64,000 nt of DNA from an uncultured Anaerolineaceae bacterium (GTDB taxonomy: Bacteria; Chloroflexota; Anaerolineae; Aggregatilineales; Phototrophicaceae), in NCBI GenBank assembly GCA_964455365.1, contig CAYVVZ010000011.1, positions 29,607 to 93,606 on the forward strand, read 5' to 3'. The translations under genes and the position numbers were made by a program. How positions within the stretch are numbered: the first letter of the stretch is position 1; the number at the start of each line of letters is the position of its first letter. Below, piece after piece: positions 26,893-36,348 of the stretch. The notes under the pieces were generated by a model. The model saw only the letters and a list, made by a program, of their open reading frames with translations. It made no database searches and was not told where the DNA came from.

Positions 26893-27233
26893 ATGAGCAG
26901 GATGTATTGAGCCGCTTCCGCTCGGAAATTCCTGGAGAATTCGACGACGAAGAGGAAGAGCCTCTTTCGCTAGAAGAACTAGCAGAAGAAGAGGAAGAAG
27001 AATACGACGAAGACAGCGGCAATGAGTCGGTGGACGACGAATTTGAATTTGACGAAGAGGAGGAAGAGGAAATCGACCTGGATGATGACGACCTCTTCTT
27101 CGCGGATGATGAGGAAGAGGACGAAGACGGCATCATTGAAGATGAAGGGTACGATGAAGATGACGACGAGTTTGACATCGACCTGGATGACGATGATGAC
27201 GAAGGATTCGTTGATCTGTACGGCGATTCCTGA
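26889..27233 (+). CDS. extremely acidic low-complexity protein
   Basis: ATGA start/stop overlap with pdxT. 65 of 114 residues are D or E by hand count, and only two are basic. An intrinsic terminator follows. Confidence 0.6.
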   Translation: MNEQDVLSRFRSEIPGEFDDEEEEPLSLEELAEEEEEEYDEDSGNESVDDEFEFDEEEEEEIDLDDDDLFFADDEEEDEDGIIEDEGYDEDDDEFDIDLDDDDDEGFVDLYGDS

Positions 27234-27261
27234 GCATTTGCCTACAAATATCGCGCTCTAA

Positions 27262-27304
27262 ACCCCCGGTGAGCTACCATACTTCGTCGGGGGTTTTTGT
27301 TTTA
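27262..27304 (+). terminator. intrinsic terminator after the acidic ORF
   Basis: acccccg ... cgggggt stem followed by ttttgtttt. Confidence 0.6.
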
Positions 27305-27889
27305 TGCAAGGTGTAGTTGATACAGTCTGTAATATGCAGCATTGTCAGTGTTTACAGAACCACTTTTGTTGCTGAGTAGCTCGTTTGTACCAGGGTTCAC
27401 AGTCTCAATAGTTCGTACCTTGCTTTTGCTGCATACTGAAGAGAGAGACATCGGACTGGAACGAACCGGATGGTCTCTTATGGTCGCAAATATTTGGGGT
27501 TCAAGTGAGCGAGATAGCGCTGTTACGCGCAATGACTGCTGCGTTTGCATTCTTGGCATGCCCTGGAATGCCAATGTTCCGCCTGCCTCCTCATCGTTGC
27601 GTCAAGCATTTGCGGATTTCTTTATCGCATCTTTAACGTGTAGCGTGTAATTGTTCTTTGCGCAGCCTTTGCTTCAGGTATAGTATGGGCGAGTGGGTCT
27701 ACCGTGTTTGTACAAGATCGTGCCAAAAAATTAATTTCTGGTTGTTTTTTTGGCAAGATCTGGAAACTTTGCGTTTGAAATCAGGTTTTTCTGTTACAAT
27801 GCAGGGCGGGAATATGACAGATTGTTACAGCGCAGAGCATCGTTACTTGACCCAACACAGCCATGTGGCTTAATCAGATCGAGATTGTG

Positions 27890-30643
27890 ATGAGGACACT
27901 CTCAATGAAAGCGAAACCGCTCCTTTTCGTTGTCACCCTCAGTTTACTGCTGGGAGCCGTCGCCGGTTTTTCTGTTGCACAACAGAGCGAGATGCCTCTC
28001 GTCATCAATAGCGACGGCGAGGAAGGAATCAGCAATAGTGCGCTGGTGCTGGTGATTGACATCAGCAGCAGTATGAATACATCGGTTGTTTTCAGCAGCA
28101 CCATTGCCGCCGCACAAGATGTAATTACTGAAGTTGATGGGCAGATTCCCATCGCCATCGTCACGTTTGGCGACAGTGTTCAGGTGCTGCAAGAGTACAG
28201 CAGCGATACCGCAGAACTGACTGCCGCCCTCACCAATCTCTCCACCAGCGAAAGCGCCTTGCTCTATGATGGTGCGTTGGAAGGGGTGGAATTAGCCGCA
28301 TCGTTGAATGTAGAAAACACAGCCGTCATCCTTTTCACAGATAGCGCTGACCAGGCACGCAGCGCCAGCGGTCGCAGTCAGGCGATTCAGATTGCACGCG
28401 GCAGCAGCATCCCGGTCTATGCACTGGCGTTGGAATGGAATGGCAGCATCAATGCCGAGACAGATTATTTGCTGGATTTGACGCGGGCAGGCAGTGGCGA
28501 ACTCTATGAAGTCACCGTCGCCCAGGCTGAAAGCGGTGAAATCAGCCGCCTCTCGCTGGATGTCGTGGACGATTTGCTGTCTACGAACGTGATTACTCCC
28601 AACGATGAAGTGGGAACCATTGGTGCAATTGATCCGAGCACCGATACAGAACTGGTAACGACGGACGAAGAGGGAGAAATTGACCCCGACGTTAATTTCG
28701 GCATTGAAGAAACTCCTGCTCCTGAGAATGTCTTCGTGCCAGAGGGTTCGGATTTTGTGCTGCCCTTTGGTAATGTGCTGCCGATCAGCATCAATGTGGG
28801 GCAGTCACAAAACATCGTCCGTGCCGAATTGTCGATCAACCAGACCAAGCTAGAAACCTTCACCCAGGATGCAGATGAATACCTCTACGATCTTGATCTA
28901 GGCCGCTTGCGCCGTTCGGGGACGTACCGCCTGGTCTTCACCGCAACAACGGAAGACAACCTGCTCTTCGGTTCAGAATTTGAATTTGATGTCGTGATCC
29001 TCACGCCATCCGCCACAGAGACGGATGAAGAAACGGAAGAAGGCGAAGAGACGGCACAGAGCTTTGAACCCGTCGAAGAGAATACCGACCCCGAACTGCC
29101 ACGGCAGGTACTGCTGTTTGGAGCCAATGATGAATGGGTTCCGGTGGATCGCCTTGATCTGGTGCTGACGGACGAGCGAGGACTCGAACTTTCCGCAAAT
29201 CAGCAAGATGATCTTGAGTTGCGGACTCAGCAAGACTTACTCGCTATTCTGACCAGCCCAATCCGCTATTTGCCGCCGGAAGTCATTGAGATCTTCACGG
29301 CACAGCGCACTGGTTTCGTCACGGTGGTCATCATTGTCATGACGGCGATCTTGCTGCCACAGGGTTTGTTCACCGTTTACTGGATGACGTATACCTGGGT
29401 GGATGCTCGTCGCTTGCAGCGCAGTGAAACGCCGGATGAGTTTTACGAGCCGCATTATTCATTCACAGCGCTGCTGCCAGCGCGTCGTGAGGAGTCGGTG
29501 ATCTACGATACGATCATGGCAACTGCCAAGATTGATTACCCCGAAGACCTGAAAGAAGTGCTGGTTTTGATCCGTGATGAAGACGATGATGAAACCATCG
29601 CGGAGACGAAACGCGCCATTGATGATTTGCGCCGTGGCTTTGAAGACCGGGGCGAAGCATGGCCCAATAACGTCCATCTCATCACCTTCACCGATGGCCC
29701 GAAGAACAAGCCGAATGGCCTCAACCGTGGCTACAAGGCATCTACCAAAGATGTGATCTGCATCTTCGACGCGGAAGACTCGCCGCACCCGGAAATTTAC
29801 AACGTGATCAACACGGTGATGCTGCGTGACGATGCCGATGTGGTGCAATCCGGTGTGCAGTTGATGAACTTCAAAGAACCCTGGTTCAGTGCCTTCAACG
29901 TGCTGGAATACTTCTTCTGGTTCAAGAGCGGTTTGCACGCCTTCACGCATGAAATGCATGTGACCCCGCTGGGTGGCAATACGGTATTCTTCAAGAAGCA
30001 ATCAATGGACTTGCTCGCAGCGCAGGATACCGAAAAAGGCTATCGCGCCTGGGATGAAGGGCTGCTGACGGAAGATGCCGATGTGGGCTTCCGCCTGACT
30101 TCCCTTGGGATGAAGATCACGATTGTGTACGGTTCGCGCCAGGCGACGCAGGAAGAAACCCCGCACAATGTCGAGCAATTCATCAAGCAGCGTACCCGCT
30201 GGTGCCAGGGCTTCTACGAAATCTTCGTCAAAGGGGACTGGACACGGCTGCCAACTGCGCGTCAGCGAATCGCGTCGATTTACATTTTGCTGAATTCGCT
30301 GCTGCAAGCATCCGTACTGCTCTTCTTGCCCATCGGTGTCTTCATCTTGCTGACGCAGTCTGTATCAGTGCCGATTGCGCTGCTATCGTGGATACCAGTG
30401 TACTTGCTATTCATCCAGATGATTATCAACCTGATCGGTATTCGAGAGTTCACGGAAGCCTATGGGCTGAAGCTGCCCTTCCTCTTCCGACTGCGCATGA
30501 TCGTGTATTACTACCCGTACCAGATTCTGCTGGCAGCCGGGGCCATGCGTGCAATCGTTCGTTTCCTGACGAACCAGTCGGCATGGGAAAAGACTGCACA
30601 CTCGAACCTACATCGTAAATCCGCAGCAGGAGGACACGCATAA
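27890..30643 (+). CDS. VWA-domain / processive family-2 glycosyltransferase fusion protein
   Basis: Signal peptide MKAKPLLFVVTLSLLLGAVAGFSVAQ. MIDAS VLVIDISSSMN. Acidic linker, then a TM (FVTVVIIVMTAILLPQG). GT2 motifs IFDAEDSP, LTEDADVGFRL and IKQRTRWCQG, then C-terminal TM helices. Confidence 0.8.
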   Translation: MRTLSMKAKPLLFVVTLSLLLGAVAGFSVAQQSEMPLVINSDGEEGISNSALVLVIDISSSMNTSVVFSSTIAAAQDVITEVDGQIPIAIVTFGDSVQVLQEYSSDTAELTAALTNLSTSESALLYDGALEGVELAASLNVENTAVILFTDSADQARSASGRSQAIQIARGSSIPVYALALEWNGSINAETDYLLDLTRAGSGELYEVTVAQAESGEISRLSLDVVDDLLSTNVITPNDEVGTIGAIDPSTDTELVTTDEEGEIDPDVNFGIEETPAPENVFVPEGSDFVLPFGNVLPISINVGQSQNIVRAELSINQTKLETFTQDADEYLYDLDLGRLRRSGTYRLVFTATTEDNLLFGSEFEFDVVILTPSATETDEETEEGEETAQSFEPVEENTDPELPRQVLLFGANDEWVPVDRLDLVLTDERGLELSANQQDDLELRTQQDLLAILTSPIRYLPPEVIEIFTAQRTGFVTVVIIVMTAILLPQGLFTVYWMTYTWVDARRLQRSETPDEFYEPHYSFTALLPARREESVIYDTIMATAKIDYPEDLKEVLVLIRDEDDDETIAETKRAIDDLRRGFEDRGEAWPNNVHLITFTDGPKNKPNGLNRGYKASTKDVICIFDAEDSPHPEIYNVINTVMLRDDADVVQSGVQLMNFKEPWFSAFNVLEYFFWFKSGLHAFTHEMHVTPLGGNTVFFKKQSMDLLAAQDTEKGYRAWDEGLLTEDADVGFRLTSLGMKITIVYGSRQATQEETPHNVEQFIKQRTRWCQGFYEIFVKGDWTRLPTARQRIASIYILLNSLLQASVLLFLPIGVFILLTQSVSVPIALLSWIPVYLLFIQMIINLIGIREFTEAYGLKLPFLFRLRMIVYYYPYQILLAAGAMRAIVRFLTNQSAWEKTAHSNLHRKSAAGGHA

Positions 30644-32338
30644 ATGGCTAGCGTGACGAAGAACGACGAGCATGCTGCACCCAGCGAAGATGCGGGGCAG
30701 CAAGTCATCGGGCGCTTCAGCATATTCTTGCTGATTATCGTCCTGTTAATCGCCGGGGTGACGCACTACGAGGGGATGATGCGCTTCCCCAGTTACCAGG
30801 ATGCGGAAGGGGAAAATATCGCCAATGCCTGGGCGATGCTCAACACGGGCGATCTGACCCCCTATACGTATGCCTATGAAGAAGCGCCGACCAATACCTT
30901 CGTACTCGCAGGCTGGACATCGCTGCTTGGTGGTTTCGACCAGTTTGGCTTCCCGCTGAATACCGGGCGTGTCTTGATGCTGATCTTCCACCTGCTGAGT
31001 GTGGCGCTGGTGTTCAGCACGACGAAGAAAGTCTCTGATAACGACCTGGCGGCAGTGATTGCAGCGCTGCTATTCGCACTCTCTCCGCTGGCACTTTCGA
31101 TTCAGCGGCGTGTGCTGGCGGATAACGTGATGCTGTTCTTCCTGCTCTCGTCGTTTTACCTGATCGTCGGCAAAGAACCGAACCTGTACAGTTATATGGC
31201 GAGTGCGATTTTCTTCGGGACAGCCGTCCTCACCAAAACAACAGCCTTCATCTTTTTGCCGGGGTTCCTCTATATCGTCAACATGACCGCACACCCGCAC
31301 TTGCGCCGTTTTGCGGTCAACCTCTGGATGACGTTCAGCATCTTCTTAATATCGCTGTTTCCGTTATATGCCCAGATGCGACAAGAGTTATTCCCGGAAG
31401 GCTGGCTGCTAGGCGGCGACTTCCCGCATGTGAGCCTGGTGGAGCGTATTCTGGATCGCGGCCCCGATACGGGTGTCTTCCTGAATATCGGCAGCGGTAT
31501 TGCGCCAGCATTCCGCGAATGGACGGATCTACAGAATATCACGGCTGACCCGGTTTTGATTTATGGTGGGGCAATCGCTGTGATTTTCCTGGCGGTGATG
31601 GCGGGGGATAACAAGCACTTACGTCCGGTTGCGGTGGCGGCGGTGGTCTTTGCCATCGGAGCCTTCCTCGCAGGGCGCATTGTGATCTCGGATATTATCT
31701 CGCTGCTGCCCTTCTTTGCGATGGCGTTAGGCATTGTGGTGGCAGTGGCGGCGAATCTCGTCAGCGGAATCGGGAGTTCCTTCCTGAAACCTGTCATCAT
31801 GGGTGGGGCGGTGATGGTGCTGCTCTACCCATTCTGGATTTTCTACAGCGCCCGCATTGAATTGTATACGCTCGACCAGGTGCAAGATCAGGTTGATGCA
31901 GTGCAGTGGGTGCAGGATCGCGTGCCGGAAGATGCCTTCATCATCACGGATGCTTACGCTTTTGTGGCGCTGCGCGAGAATGGTTACCCGAATGCACATC
32001 ATTACTGGAAGGTCGATACTGATCCTGATGTGAAGTTCACCTTGCTGCGCGATGACCACTGCGAGATTGATTACATCATCACCACGCCCCAGGTCATTGG
32101 TGATATTGACCTGTACCAGTTGGATCTGGTGCGGCGTGCGCTTGTCAACTCGCGTGTGTTGCAGACTTACGAGAACAATGGCTGGACGGTTGAAATTCGC
32201 CAGGTGACGCGCACGAACTGCGATGTCCGCGAAGAAATCCCGACCGAAGATGCATCCACGACAGCCGGGGATGGTGCGAGTACCACCGACTCGCAGTCTT
32301 CCAGTGAGTCTGCGCCACTCTCCCTGGATGGAGAGTAA
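30644..32338 (+). CDS. GT-C fold (GT39/ArnT/PMT-like) membrane glycosyltransferase
   Basis: The ATG immediately follows the TAA of the upstream gene. First-loop acidic motif YQDAEGENIANAW, about 11 TM helices, and a soluble C-terminal domain. Confidence 0.68.
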   Translation: MASVTKNDEHAAPSEDAGQQVIGRFSIFLLIIVLLIAGVTHYEGMMRFPSYQDAEGENIANAWAMLNTGDLTPYTYAYEEAPTNTFVLAGWTSLLGGFDQFGFPLNTGRVLMLIFHLLSVALVFSTTKKVSDNDLAAVIAALLFALSPLALSIQRRVLADNVMLFFLLSSFYLIVGKEPNLYSYMASAIFFGTAVLTKTTAFIFLPGFLYIVNMTAHPHLRRFAVNLWMTFSIFLISLFPLYAQMRQELFPEGWLLGGDFPHVSLVERILDRGPDTGVFLNIGSGIAPAFREWTDLQNITADPVLIYGGAIAVIFLAVMAGDNKHLRPVAVAAVVFAIGAFLAGRIVISDIISLLPFFAMALGIVVAVAANLVSGIGSSFLKPVIMGGAVMVLLYPFWIFYSARIELYTLDQVQDQVDAVQWVQDRVPEDAFIITDAYAFVALRENGYPNAHHYWKVDTDPDVKFTLLRDDHCEIDYIITTPQVIGDIDLYQLDLVRRALVNSRVLQTYENNGWTVEIRQVTRTNCDVREEIPTEDASTTAGDGASTTDSQSSSESAPLSLDGE

Positions 32339-32384
32339 GACCAACGTGCGCAAGGGTGGGGTTTTTCCCTGCCCTTCTGAAACT

Positions 32385-32549
32385 GGTTCTACCAGAATTG
32401 GTGGAAATTCACTGAGTTCTCTTTTATGACCTTGCCTCACCCCTTCCAGGCCTCCAATCTTCCCTCCTCTCTCCAAATTGGAGAGGGGAAAACGAGCAAA
32501 GCGAGTAGGGGTGAGGTGAATTTCACCAAAAACGTTAGAACGAGAAACA
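32385..32549 (-). repeat. right (uninterrupted) copy of the inverted hairpin element
   Basis: Both arms are contiguous. Internally, cctcacccc pairs with ggggtgagg and ctctcc aaatt ggagag forms the apex. Confidence 0.85.
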
Positions 32550-32795
32550 AGCTAATGGGACGATTGTACCGTGATCTGCAAAAAGATTAATTTTTCCCTC
32601 GATCTACCAACTAGAATCCTGACGTATGGTTACTATAGTGGATGATGTCGCTAGCGGAGAATTCCTTTTTCGAGCGTGGTTCGCGCCCCGCACGCACATT
32701 GAGTAGGGGAGCGTCACCCAAAACAACCCTCGCGGCATCGTCTGAAGTTTGCCATTTCGAAGAAACGTGAACACTGTACAGGGAGAATGTGAAGA

Positions 32796-34046
32796 ATGCG
32801 TCAGATGTTTATTCGCCGACTGATGATTGTGCTGCTGTTTCTGGTGAGCAGCATTGGCTTCGTTGCAACAGCACAAGATTCTGGAACACGTCCTTTCCGT
32901 TCTGTGGGATATTACCTCTACTACAACGTATATGGGGATGGCATCCCACAATATACAGTTCACAATATCCCTGCCCAATTCCTCACCCACCTGATTTACG
33001 CCTACATCAACATCAGCGACAACGGGCAGTGCGTCTCGACGGATGAATGGGCAGATACCGGCTATCGCTATGAAGGGGATGGCGAAAACGAACGCCTGCG
33101 CGGGAACTTCAAGCAGTTGCAGATTCTCGATGCACGGCAGCAAGCCGACCTGACGATTATGATGTCCATTGGCGGCTGGGAAAATTCGCCCAACTTCCCG
33201 ATTGTGGCAGCCGATGAACGCTCCCGCGAGCGTTTCGTCACATCTTGTATAGCCTTCATGCAGCAGTACCGCTTCGAAGGCATTGATATTCACTGGCGTT
33301 ACCCGGTCAGTGGTGGCATGGAAGACGGCAGCGAAGCCGACCGCGAGAACTACAATTTGCTGCTGGAAGAATTCCGCCGCCAGCTTGATGAAGCAGGCAT
33401 CGAAGATGAACGCTACTATGAGCTATCCATCGGCATTCCCGGCACGCCGGATTTGCTGGAAAACTACGACATGCCGGAGATCATCCGCTATGTTGATTTC
33501 ATCAACATGCACTCCTACCAATACGCAGGCTCCTGGAGTGGCATCACCGAACATATCTCACCGCTGTTCATGAGCGCCTCTGACCCACGTTCACCGGAGA
33601 CGCAGCCGGAATATACCATTGATGGCGCAGTGAATGAATTGTTCGATCAAGGGGTACCACCGGATAAGATCGTGGTGGGTGTGCCGTTCTTCGGGCAAAG
33701 CTGGGCGCGGGTGAACGATAATAACTTCTTCGGCATGTTCTCCGATCATGGCGGTGTACCGAGCCAGACACGCGGCAACGGTCAATTGTTTTACCGTGAT
33801 ATTGTGGGCTTCATGTTCAACGATACATGGACGAGTTACTTCGACCCGGAAGCCCGCGTTCCCTGGCTGTGGGATGCAAACGGGCGCATCGCCATCACCT
33901 ACGAAAGCCCTGAGTCAATTCGGGCGAAGGGTGCCTATGTGGTCAACAACCGCATGGGCGGGATGCTCGGCTGGCAACTAGCCTTCGACGATGCCGATCA
34001 TTCGCTGTTGAGTACGATGTATATCACCCTCAACGGGCAGCCGTAA
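32796..34046 (+). CDS. secreted GH18-fold chitinase-like protein lacking the catalytic motif
   Basis: Signal peptide MRQMFIRRLMIVLLFLVSSIGFVATAQ. GH18 landmarks MMSIGGWENS and GGMLGWQLAFDD. The DxxDxDxE position reads FEGIDIHWRYP, and the MxYD position reads MHSYQY. Confidence 0.78.
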   Translation: MRQMFIRRLMIVLLFLVSSIGFVATAQDSGTRPFRSVGYYLYYNVYGDGIPQYTVHNIPAQFLTHLIYAYINISDNGQCVSTDEWADTGYRYEGDGENERLRGNFKQLQILDARQQADLTIMMSIGGWENSPNFPIVAADERSRERFVTSCIAFMQQYRFEGIDIHWRYPVSGGMEDGSEADRENYNLLLEEFRRQLDEAGIEDERYYELSIGIPGTPDLLENYDMPEIIRYVDFINMHSYQYAGSWSGITEHISPLFMSASDPRSPETQPEYTIDGAVNELFDQGVPPDKIVVGVPFFGQSWARVNDNNFFGMFSDHGGVPSQTRGNGQLFYRDIVGFMFNDTWTSYFDPEARVPWLWDANGRIAITYESPESIRAKGAYVVNNRMGGMLGWQLAFDDADHSLLSTMYITLNGQP

Positions 34047-34112
34047 CCACAGAACGCTGTAACTACCATAGGGGTGCAATGTCTTGCATCCCTACAGGAA
34101 ATTGTGCTGGTT

Positions 34113-34958
34113 TTATTTCCGCCCCACGAATGTCACCAACCGTCCCGGCGTGTTGTCGCGGGATGTGACTATCTGCGCCAGCCGATGCAGCACAGCATCC
34201 CCCCAGGGCGTACCCGGCATAGCGACGACCTTCGCCAGCGGTGTGCTGATCCGACGAGCCAGCGGACGCAGGATGCGCTTCCGGCGCTGTGCTTCTGTCG
34301 TCGGGAAATAATTCATCACACTTTCCCAATGCCCCAGAACATGTTCCAATTTCAACCCGGCAGATTCAATTGCATCCGTGTATTCCTGTAGCAAAAAAGC
34401 ATGTTCCCCACCATAGCGATGATGCAGCGGGTGCTTCGCCAGGAACTTCGGCAAATCTTCCGGCTTGCTGATGATGTGTTCCCGCGTGGCGAGCATCACC
34501 CCACCGGGCTTGAGGACGCGCTGCATCTCCCGGCAGATCTGCGGCAAATCGTGCGCGTGGTGCAGCACCTGCCGCGCATACACCAGATCAAACGAGGCAT
34601 CCGGGAAGGGCAGTGCTTCGCCAAATTCTTCTACTACCTGGATGGATAACCCGGCATCCTGGGCAAGCTGGCGAATGGCTCCCGCGCCAACCAGCGAACT
34701 TGGGTCAGGTTCCAGGGAAGTTACCTGCCAGCCGCCTTTCGCCAGCGCATAGGACGCAATGCCGCGCCCTGCCCCCACATCGAGGGCTGTTCCCGGCTGT
34801 GGTAGATAGCGCTGTGTTTCCCGCCATTCCGCACTGGCGGCAAAGCGCTGCGCAGATTCCAGCAGGGGATCATCAAAGTAAGCATCCCGCACCAGGGCAG
34901 CTTGTTCCGGTTGTTCGCGCAGCCAGCGGACGGCATCTTCCCAGGTGTTAGCGCTCAT
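34113..34958 (-). CDS. class I SAM-dependent methyltransferase
   Basis: Motif I ALDVGAGRGIAS and post-I/II segments (DLVYARQVLHH, LKPGGVMLA). Overlaps the upstream gene by 11 nt. Confidence 0.8.
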   Translation of the reverse strand: MSANTWEDAVRWLREQPEQAALVRDAYFDDPLLESAQRFAASAEWRETQRYLPQPGTALDVGAGRGIASYALAKGGWQVTSLEPDPSSLVGAGAIRQLAQDAGLSIQVVEEFGEALPFPDASFDLVYARQVLHHAHDLPQICREMQRVLKPGGVMLATREHIISKPEDLPKFLAKHPLHHRYGGEHAFLLQEYTDAIESAGLKLEHVLGHWESVMNYFPTTEAQRRKRILRPLARRISTPLAKVVAMPGTPWGDAVLHRLAQIVTSRDNTPGRLVTFVGRK

Positions 34959-35559
34959 CTTCGCTCAATTCCTTGATTACGCGGGCGGGGTTTCCGGCAG
35001 CAATCGTCCAATCCGGCACATCCTTCGTCACCACCGAACCCGCGCCAATGATGGCACCTTCGCCGATGGTCACGCCTTTGAGGATGATGACGCTGGTTCC
35101 GATCCATGCGCCCTTCTTGATATGCACCGGAGCTTGCGGAGTCAGCGACCAATCCGCACGCCCACCCTGTTTCCATTCTGCGAGATCATGTTTGCGGATG
35201 CTGTAGCGGATATTGTGATTATCACTATCCGAGATGATGCAGCGGTAGGAGATCAGCACATCGTCTTCTACGGTGATTTGCCCCACGCAATCCAGAATAG
35301 TTTCACCACCGACATATACATTGTTACCGATGATGATCTGGCTGTGATCTGCTTCTGTCACCAGCGCCCCTTCGATCAAACAATCGTCACCAATGGTGAT
35401 GCGGCTTTGCTCCGTGCGCTTGTTCAGCCGGGTGCGGAGTGTGGTATTGCGCCCAATTTGCACACCGGGGAGCGTGATTGGTTCCGGCTTTTTCGGCGTG
35501 AAGGCACGGCTGAGAATCGGCGGCGTGAGCAAATAGAGAATGCGTTTCAGGCTGGGCAT
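34948..35559 (-). CDS. hexapeptide-repeat (LbH) O-acetyltransferase, maltose/NodL/WbbJ-like
   Basis: Repeating [LIV]G-x4 hexapeptides (IGNNVYVGGETIL ... IGTSVIILKGVTIGEGAIIGAGSVV). Confidence 0.82.
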   Translation of the reverse strand: MPSLKRILYLLTPPILSRAFTPKKPEPITLPGVQIGRNTTLRTRLNKRTEQSRITIGDDCLIEGALVTEADHSQIIIGNNVYVGGETILDCVGQITVEDDVLISYRCIISDSDNHNIRYSIRKHDLAEWKQGGRADWSLTPQAPVHIKKGAWIGTSVIILKGVTIGEGAIIGAGSVVTKDVPDWTIAAGNPARVIKELSEDER

Positions 35560-35565
35560 GGTTCC

Positions 35566-36348
35566 TCATCTGGCACTTTGTACAACTTGTTCCCAGGCAC
35601 GGATTAACTCGTATTCCGGTTCCATGAGTTCACGCAGGGCAGCAAGTTCTGCCTCCGTTGGGTGGTAGGTGTGCTGGCTCTTGCGCGAATGGCGATATTG
35701 CAGCGTGATATTCAGATCGCGGTTTAATTGTTGCACGCCATCTTCTAACGTCTCTGTGAATACCACCTGATTGCAGGCTTGCAACCCTGCCAGCCCTTCT
35801 TGAACGTCGAAGGTTGGCGAGAACATATACAGTTGGAAGAAGCGATGCTCTGGCGGCATCTGCTGCACTGTCGCCAGCAAATCTGCGCCAAGCCACTGCT
35901 TTTCAACTTCAAATGAAGGATGCGGATTAGACGACGCTTGATGATCCAGCAGCATTCGATAATGCGAAATCACCCGCTTCACCGGGTCACGCAAGCAGGT
36001 GAAGGTATAGGTGTGCGGTGGCAATGTCAATTCATGCGCAGGGATGTGAGAGAAGGCGTAAAAATAACGTCCTTCTTCGATCAAGCGTTGTTTCCACCCG
36101 ACATAGATTTTCCCGTTGTGTACAAGACGCTGATGCTTCTCTCCCATGCGTTGATACAGGGCTTTGCCATCTTCGCCAGCAAGCCCCAGGAACATATGGT
36201 TCAGGCTGGTTCCGCCCGTTTTGCGGATGTGGTAGAAGTAGATGCGCCGATAGCCACCGGGGAAGCGATAGCGCTGGAGCAATGCAGAATGCCACGCATA
36301 CCGAGTTCGGTAAAATGCGGAAGTCCGCAGACGCTGTAGCAAATTCAT
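35566..36348 (-). CDS. PAPS-type carbohydrate sulfotransferase-like protein
   Basis: 5'-PSB-like YHIRKTGGTS and 3'-PB-like LRDPVKRVISHY. Start set at ATG 36348, which forms an ATGA overlap with the upstream stop. Confidence 0.68.
   Translation of the reverse strand: MNLLQRLRTSAFYRTRYAWHSALLQRYRFPGGYRRIYFYHIRKTGGTSLNHMFLGLAGEDGKALYQRMGEKHQRLVHNGKIYVGWKQRLIEEGRYFYAFSHIPAHELTLPPHTYTFTCLRDPVKRVISHYRMLLDHQASSNPHPSFEVEKQWLGADLLATVQQMPPEHRFFQLYMFSPTFDVQEGLAGLQACNQVVFTETLEDGVQQLNRDLNITLQYRHSRKSQHTYHPTEAELAALRELMEPEYELIRAWEQVVQSAR

Noticed and set aside
26684-27178. 164-aa Ser-rich minus-strand ORF
   Set aside because: It is the antisense mirror of the GAA/GAT-rich acidic gene (GAA/GAT read backwards give TTC/ATC and, shifted, TCx). 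The plus-strand ORF has start-stop coupling to pdxT and a terminator.
27302-27574. 90-aa minus-strand ORF and other small ORFs in the leader upstream of the VWA-GT2 gene
   Set aside because: They have no RBS, odd composition and mutual overlap. I treat the region as non-coding leader.
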